From an uncultured Hydromonas sp. (GTDB taxonomy: Bacteria > Pseudomonadota > Gammaproteobacteria > Burkholderiales > Burkholderiaceae), in assembly GCA_964506355.1 (NCBI GenBank), contig CAZDLD010000003.1, forward strand, positions 1 through 42,623: DNA of 42,623 nt, read 5' to 3'. Each line of letters starts with the position of its first letter. Within the stretch, counting starts at the first letter, position 1. This document shows positions 37,658 through 42,623 of this stretch, piece by piece. A program made the translations under genes and the position numbers. The notes under the pieces are model-generated. The model did no database searches, was not told the origin of the DNA, and saw only the letters and a program-made list of their open reading frames with translations.

Positions 37658-38404
37658 ATGGCACAAAAATTATTATTCGGATTTCATGCGGTGCAAGCGC
37701 GTTTGCGCGTGTCGCCACGCAGTGTCCAAGAAGTGTATATCGAGCAAAATCGCGCCGATAAACGCATGCAGAACTTCATCGGTATGCTTGGTCAAGCGCG
37801 CATTGAGCCGCGCTTGGTCGAGCGTCACCGCTTGGATGGTTTGGTCGGCCACACCCGTCATCAGGGCATCGCGGCGTTGGTCGATGATATGCCCTTGGCG
37901 CACAGCTTGGACGATGTGCTCGAGGGTTTGACCGAACCGCCGTTTTTGTTGATTTTGGATGGCGTGACCGATCCGCATAATTTGGGTGCGTGCTTGCGCG
38001 TGGCCGATGCGGCGGGCGTGCACGCGGTGATTGCGCCCAAGGACAAAGCCGTTGGCATCAACGCCACGGTGGCCAAAGTCGCCTCCGGTGCGGCAGAGCA
38101 CGTGCCCTACATCATGGTGACCAATTTGGCGCGCACATTGCGCGAGATTAAGGAATACGATATTTGGGTGGTCGGCACGGACGACGCCGCACCCAAAAGC
38201 GTGTACCAAACGCAACTGGCCGGCCCCATTGCATGGGTGATGGGTGCAGAGGGCGAAGGCATGCGCCGCTTGACCCGCGAGCATTGCGACGAATTGGTCA
38301 ATATCCCGATGGCAGGCTCAGTGAGCAGTTTGAATGTTTCGGTGGCCTCGGGTGTGTGTTTATTTGAGTCGGTGCGTCAACGCGGATTGCTGGTGCAGGA
38401 TTAA
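37658..38404 (+). CDS. rlmB: 23S rRNA (guanosine-2'-O)-methyltransferase RlmB (SpoU/TrmH family)
   Basis: Trimmed to the ATG at 37658 ([12 protein letters not shown]). The SpoU motifs are [24 protein letters not shown] and SLNVSVA. Confidence 0.9.
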   Translation: MAQKLLFGFHAVQARLRVSPRSVQEVYIEQNRADKRMQNFIGMLGQARIEPRLVERHRLDGLVGHTRHQGIAALVDDMPLAHSLDDVLEGLTEPPFLLILDGVTDPHNLGACLRVADAAGVHAVIAPKDKAVGINATVAKVASGAAEHVPYIMVTNLARTLREIKEYDIWVVGTDDAAPKSVYQTQLAGPIAWVMGAEGEGMRRLTREHCDELVNIPMAGSVSSLNVSVASGVCLFESVRQRGLLVQD

Positions 38405-38492
38405 TGGCGGGGGCTTGATGCACTCGTTAATATTAGTTGTATGAATGTTTCATGATTCGATGTTTAAAATCAGTTTAGTGTGAGGAAAACCT

Positions 38493-39362
38493 ATGCGTTT
38501 AGATCCCAGTCAGCAAAGTGACAATATTGAAGACCGTCGCGGCTCATCCGGCGGTGGATTTTTGGGCGGTGGCGGCGGTCGTGTCGGCATCGGCGGGATG
38601 ATTTTGGCCGCGGTCGCGTATTTCGTATTTGGCATCAATCCCTCAACCACATTGTCCACCGTGAGCGCTGTCAACAGCATGGGTGGTGGATCAGCCAGCA
38701 GCACAGGGACAAAAGGCCTGCGCACTGCGGATGAGCAAGCCGTATTCGCATCCAAAGTGCTAAAGAGCACCGAGTCGGTTTGGAATGATGTGTTCAAGGG
38801 CAAGTACCCTGCACCCAAGATGGTGCTGTACACAGGACGTACCCAATCGGCCTGCGGTGTTGGTCAAGCGGCAGCAGGGCCGTTTTACTGTCCAGGTGAC
38901 CAAAAATTGTATTTGGACTTGAGCTTCTTCCAAGAAATGGAGCGTCAAATGGGCGCAGGTGGCGACTTTGCACAAGCCTACGTGATTGCCCATGAAGTGG
39001 GTCACCACATCCAGTACATCACAGGCACGGAAGAAAAAGTCAGCGGCATGCGCAATCGCGTGTCAGAAGCTCAGGCCAATGCATTGTCGGTGCGCATGGA
39101 ATTGCAAGCCGACTGCTACGCTGGGGTATGGGCAGTTCAAGCGAACCAGAAGAGTCAAATTCTCGAGCAGGGCGACATTGAAGAAGGTCTGAATGCCGCG
39201 CACAAAATTGGCGATGATTATTTGCAAAAGCAAGCCCAAGGCTATGTGGTGCCCGACAGCTTCACCCATGGCAGCTCAGAGCAGCGCATGAAATGGTTTA
39301 AACAGGGCTTGCAAACGGGCAACCCCAATTCGTGCAACACCTTTGCGCAGCAAAATCTATAA
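38493..39362 (+). CDS. YpfJ-family neutral zinc metallopeptidase
   Basis: 289 aa with SD GAGGAA. It has a Gly-rich N-terminus, one TM helix and the HExxH motif (AHEVGHH). Confidence 0.87.
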   Translation: MRLDPSQQSDNIEDRRGSSGGGFLGGGGGRVGIGGMILAAVAYFVFGINPSTTLSTVSAVNSMGGGSASSTGTKGLRTADEQAVFASKVLKSTESVWNDVFKGKYPAPKMVLYTGRTQSACGVGQAAAGPFYCPGDQKLYLDLSFFQEMERQMGAGGDFAQAYVIAHEVGHHIQYITGTEEKVSGMRNRVSEAQANALSVRMELQADCYAGVWAVQANQKSQILEQGDIEEGLNAAHKIGDDYLQKQAQGYVVPDSFTHGSSEQRMKWFKQGLQTGNPNSCNTFAQQNL

Positions 39363-39370
39363 GATACTCG

Positions 39371-39398
39371 CTTGAATTGCGCAAAACTGCCCTCATGT
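39371..39398 (+). promoter_or_regulatory. candidate sigma-32 (heat-shock) promoter for lon
   Basis: CTTGAA (39371-76), then 14 nt, then CCTCATGT (39391-98; 7/8 match to CCCCATNT). It lies ~165-190 nt upstream of the lon ATG and overlaps the left arm of the preceding terminator hairpin. Confidence 0.3.
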
Positions 39399-39418
39399 TC
39401 ACAAGCATGAGGGTTTTT
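39390..39418 (+). terminator. rho-independent terminator after the metallopeptidase gene
   Basis: The stem is ccctcatg / catgaggg with an 8-nt loop, followed by TTTTT. Confidence 0.65.
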
Positions 39419-39561
39419 GCTTTGCAGTATGGAACAACGAGGCGACGTGACAACGCTATGCGTTTGAGTGATGCCACAGCAAAGCCAGATTAAAAGCGGT
39501 ATGATGATTCAAAATCGAAATAGCACACAAACCACAACAGAAAGTGACACGGGAGGCTCAA

Positions 39562-42036
39562 ATGTCAGAAAATACACCAAGCGATAAAAAGCCACGAGTG
39601 ACGGTCGCCGCGACCATACGCAAGCCTAAAAAAGGCGCCGAAGCATTGGGCGCAGATCAATACCCGCTGTTGCCACTGCGCGACGTGGTGGTGCTGCCGC
39701 ACATGGTGGTGCCGCTGTTTGTCGGGCGTGAGAAATCCATCAATGCATTGGAAGCGGCGATGGAGCGCGACCAAATGGTGGTTCTGGTCGCACAAAAATT
39801 CCCAGAGAACGACAACCCGAATGTCAATGATGTGTACCGCATTGGCTGTTTGTCGCGGATTGTTCAGTTGCTCAAACTGCCCGACGGCACGGTTAAAGTG
39901 TTGGTCGAGGGCAAATCGCGTGTGCTGTTGAGCGAAGTGACCGAAAACTCAAAATTCTTGCAAGCGCAGGTTGAAGTCATCAGCGACACCGACAAAGATA
40001 CCGCAGAGGTCGAAGCGCTGCGCCGTACGGTGTTGCAGAAGTTTGAACAGTACATCAAGCTGAACAAAAAAATTCCGATTGAAATTCTCAATGCATTGGC
40101 CACCATCGATGACGGCTCGCACTTGGCGGACACCATCATCGCGCATCTGCCGATTAAATTGGAAATCAAGCAAGAAATGCTCGAATTGCGCAATGTCAAA
40201 ACCCGCTTGGACAATGTGATGCGCCAGCTCGAAGTCGAAATTGACATCCTCGAAGTGGAAAAGCGCATCCGTGGCCGCGTGAAACGCCAAATGGACAAGA
40301 GCCAGCGCGAATACTACCTGAACGAGCAAGTCAAAGCCATCCAAAAAGAATTGGGCGATGGCGAAGACGGCGCGGACATGGAAGAATTAGAGAAAAAAAT
40401 CCTCACCGCCAAGATGCCCAAAGAAGCGCAGGACAAAGCCGATTCAGAAATGAAAAAGCTCAAGCTGATGTCGCCGATGTCGGCCGAAGCAGGCGTGACA
40501 CGCAACTACCTCGAAACCTTGGCCTCGATTCCATGGAAAAAAGCCACCAAGGTCAATAAAGATTTGGCCAAAGCTGAAAAAGTGCTGGACGAAGACCACT
40601 ACGGGCTGGAAAAAGTCAAAGAACGTGTGCTCGAGTACCTCGCGGTACAGCAACGCGTGACCAAGAACAAATCCCCGATTCTGTGCTTGGTCGGCCCTCC
40701 GGGCGTGGGCAAAACTTCATTGGGGCAATCCATCGCTCGCGCGACCAATCGCAAATACGTGCGCATGGCGCTCGGTGGCGTACGTGACGAAGCCGAAATT
40801 CGCGGTCACCGCCGCACCTACATAGGCGCGTTACCCGGTCGCATCATCCAAAGTCTGATTAAGGTCGGTGTGCGCAACCCATTGTTCCTGCTCGATGAAA
40901 TCGACAAAATGGGGCAGGACATGCGCGGCGATCCCGCCTCGGCGATGCTTGAGGTGCTCGATCCTGAACAGAACCACACCTTTGGCGACCACTATGTTGA
41001 GGTTGATTACGATTTGTCCGATGTGATGTTTGTGGCGACTTCAAACTCGTTCAACATCCCAGGTCCGCTGCTCGACCGTATGGAAACCATACGCCTGTCG
41101 GGTTATACCGAAGATGAAAAACTCTCGATTGCGAGCAAATACCTGCTGCCCAAACAGATTAAGAACAATGGTCTGCGCACGGGCGAGTTGACCGTGACCG
41201 AAGACGCACTGCGCGACATCATTCGCTACTACACGCGAGAAGCGGGCGTGCGCTCGTTGGAACGCGATATTTCAAAAATCTGTCGCAAAGCGGTGAAAAT
41301 GATTTTGGTCAACACCAAAATCAAGAAAATCAAAGTCGATGGCAGCAATCTGGACAGCTATTTGGGCGTGCGTCCTTTTGATTTTGGTAAAGCCGAGGCA
41401 GAGAACAAAGTCGGTCAAGTCACAGGTCTGGCATGGACTTCGGTGGGTGGCGAATTGCTCACCATTGAGGCACAAGTCATGCCTGGCAAAGGCATCATGA
41501 CGCGCACAGGCTCACTCGGCGACGTGATGAAAGAGTCGATGGAAGCCGCGCGTACGGTGGTGCGGGCGCGTGCAAACGCTTGGGGCATCCTCAATGGCGC
41601 GTTTGAGAAAAAAGACATTCACCTGCACGTCCCAGAAGGCGCCACACCCAAAGACGGTCCATCGGCAGGGATTGCCATGACCACCGCCTTGGTCTCAGCG
41701 CTCACGGGCAACCCAGTGCGTGCGAACGTTGCGATGACGGGCGAAATCACCTTGCGTGGCGAAGTGCTGGCGATTGGTGGGCTCAAAGAGAAGTTGCTCG
41801 CAGCCCTGCGCGGTGGCATCACCGTGGCGCTGATACCGCATGAGAATGTCAAAGACTTGGCCGAAATTCCAGACAACGTGAAAAATGGCATCGAAATCAT
41901 CCCTGTCAAATGGATCGATGAAGTGCTCGGACACGCGCTGGAAAATCCGGTGTCAGCGGTCACAGAGCCTGAAGTTGTGGTGGCGGATGCTGCTAAGGCT
42001 GTGGTGGAGATTAAGCCAGAAGGATTGGCACATTGA
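39562..42036 (+). CDS. lon: ATP-dependent Lon protease
   Basis: The track start at 39544 is a GTG. The preferred start is the ATG at 39562, 5 nt after GGGAGG. Walker A is GPPGVGKTS. The protease Ser and Lys segments are PKDGPSAGIAM and GGLKEKLLAA. Confidence 0.95.
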   Translation: MSENTPSDKKPRVTVAATIRKPKKGAEALGADQYPLLPLRDVVVLPHMVVPLFVGREKSINALEAAMERDQMVVLVAQKFPENDNPNVNDVYRIGCLSRIVQLLKLPDGTVKVLVEGKSRVLLSEVTENSKFLQAQVEVISDTDKDTAEVEALRRTVLQKFEQYIKLNKKIPIEILNALATIDDGSHLADTIIAHLPIKLEIKQEMLELRNVKTRLDNVMRQLEVEIDILEVEKRIRGRVKRQMDKSQREYYLNEQVKAIQKELGDGEDGADMEELEKKILTAKMPKEAQDKADSEMKKLKLMSPMSAEAGVTRNYLETLASIPWKKATKVNKDLAKAEKVLDEDHYGLEKVKERVLEYLAVQQRVTKNKSPILCLVGPPGVGKTSLGQSIARATNRKYVRMALGGVRDEAEIRGHRRTYIGALPGRIIQSLIKVGVRNPLFLLDEIDKMGQDMRGDPASAMLEVLDPEQNHTFGDHYVEVDYDLSDVMFVATSNSFNIPGPLLDRMETIRLSGYTEDEKLSIASKYLLPKQIKNNGLRTGELTVTEDALRDIIRYYTREAGVRSLERDISKICRKAVKMILVNTKIKKIKVDGSNLDSYLGVRPFDFGKAEAENKVGQVTGLAWTSVGGELLTIEAQVMPGKGIMTRTGSLGDVMKESMEAARTVVRARANAWGILNGAFEKKDIHLHVPEGATPKDGPSAGIAMTTALVSALTGNPVRANVAMTGEITLRGEVLAIGGLKEKLLAALRGGITVALIPHENVKDLAEIPDNVKNGIEIIPVKWIDEVLGHALENPVSAVTEPEVVVADAAKAVVEIKPEGLAH

Positions 42037-42064
42037 CTTTGCTTTTGTTATGATTTTTTGTGAG

Positions 42065-42096
42065 AAAACGGGCAAACATTGTGTTTGCCCGTTTTT
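42065..42096. terminator. bidirectional rho-independent terminator
   Basis: The stem is aacgggcaaaca / tgtttgcccgtt with loop ttg. A-runs and T-runs flank it, and it lies between convergent genes. Confidence 0.7.
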
Positions 42097-42114
42097 ATCG
42101 AGCATACAGTCTAT

Positions 42115-42623
42115 CTATTTGAGTTTCGGAATATCAATCTTACCAGTAATCACCTGATTATTTGTTGTCACATTTACATTGGCACTTGAGGTAGCTATTC
42201 GCTCTTGAATGGCTTTATTGTTTACCGTGGAGCTTATGAAGGCGCCAGGAAGGTTAGATGCGCCAATAGGCGTGTCAAAGTTGGGGTTCAAAATCTCCTC
42301 TTTTGCATAAATTTGACCATTTTCAAAATCCTGTTTGTTGTCTACTATCTTCCGTTTGAACTGGCTCGCAAATTGCTCGTCTTTTAAAAAGATCGAAATA
42401 TGATCACACCAAACAGCACCACCAACTTGTGTATACGATTCAAGTAGAATTGAGTTGTATCCACTGCGCCTGCCCCACGTTGCTAAAGCACGCCCACTGT
42501 CTGGATAAAAGCGCCAGCAATCAACAGGGTATCGGTGAAATTGCCCTTGCGATGGTACGTTCAAATAAAACACTCCGAAAGGCTTTAATACCCGTAAAAT
42601 CTCTAAATAGACCAGCCAAAACA
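42115..42623 (-). CDS. class I SAM-dependent methyltransferase-like protein, N-terminal part beyond the right window edge; AT-rich
   Basis: The track ORF starts at a GTG (42573), but the frame stays open to the window end. Upstream it reads ...FWLVYLEILRVLKPFGVFYLNVPSQGQFHRYPVDCWRFYPD, which is the post-motif region of a type-11/12 methyltransferase. An unassigned ~80-aa C-terminal tail follows. Confidence 0.65.
   Translation of the reverse strand, partial: FWLVYLEILRVLKPFGVFYLNVPSQGQFHRYPVDCWRFYPDSGRALATWGRRSGYNSILLESYTQVGGAVWCDHISIFLKDEQFASQFKRKIVDNKQDFENGQIYAKEEILNPNFDTPIGASNLPGAFISSTVNNKAIQERIATSSANVNVTTNNQVITGKIDIPKLK

Overview
This window is a chromosomal, mostly housekeeping segment. 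The gene order suggests a betaproteobacterium of Burkholderiales type (inference only): hemH-hrcA / nadK-recN, rplU-rpmA ... obg-proB, and maf / yceD-rpmF-plsX. I support 39 protein-coding genes. Two of them run off the window edges and are therefore missing from the ORF track: hemH at the left edge and a methyltransferase-like ORF at the right edge. Several track ORFs are N-terminally over-extended, some starting at TTG or GTG, so I re-called their starts at internal ATGs with Shine-Dalgarno support. I saw no rRNA, tRNA, CRISPR array, transposase or integrase.

I do not see a convincing multi-gene novel system. The parts that look accessory or odd are listed below.

1. An AT-rich islet of about 1 kb sits between proB and tadA. 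It carries one orphan gene with a helix-hairpin-helix, DNA-glycosylase-like motif.
2. A DegP/HtrA paralog has its catalytic His codon replaced by Gln (CAA). It is translationally coupled to a CxxC glutaredoxin-like gene.
3. An aldehyde dehydrogenase/DUF779 module is paired with a regulator that has an AcoR-type GAF sensor but a SARP-like winged-helix/BTAD output instead of a sigma-54 AAA+ module.
4. A lower-GC orphan type-I-secretion-style adhesin (BapA-prefix/VCBS/RTX) sits with an OmpA partner but no transporter genes.
5. There are several structured intergenic repeats: seven phased decamers, a 125-bp nested-palindrome REP/MITE-like element, and 12-bp-phased octamers upstream of plsX.
6. A second AT-rich region starts right after the lon terminator.

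All functional calls come from reading the translated sequence against remembered family signatures. No database search was run.
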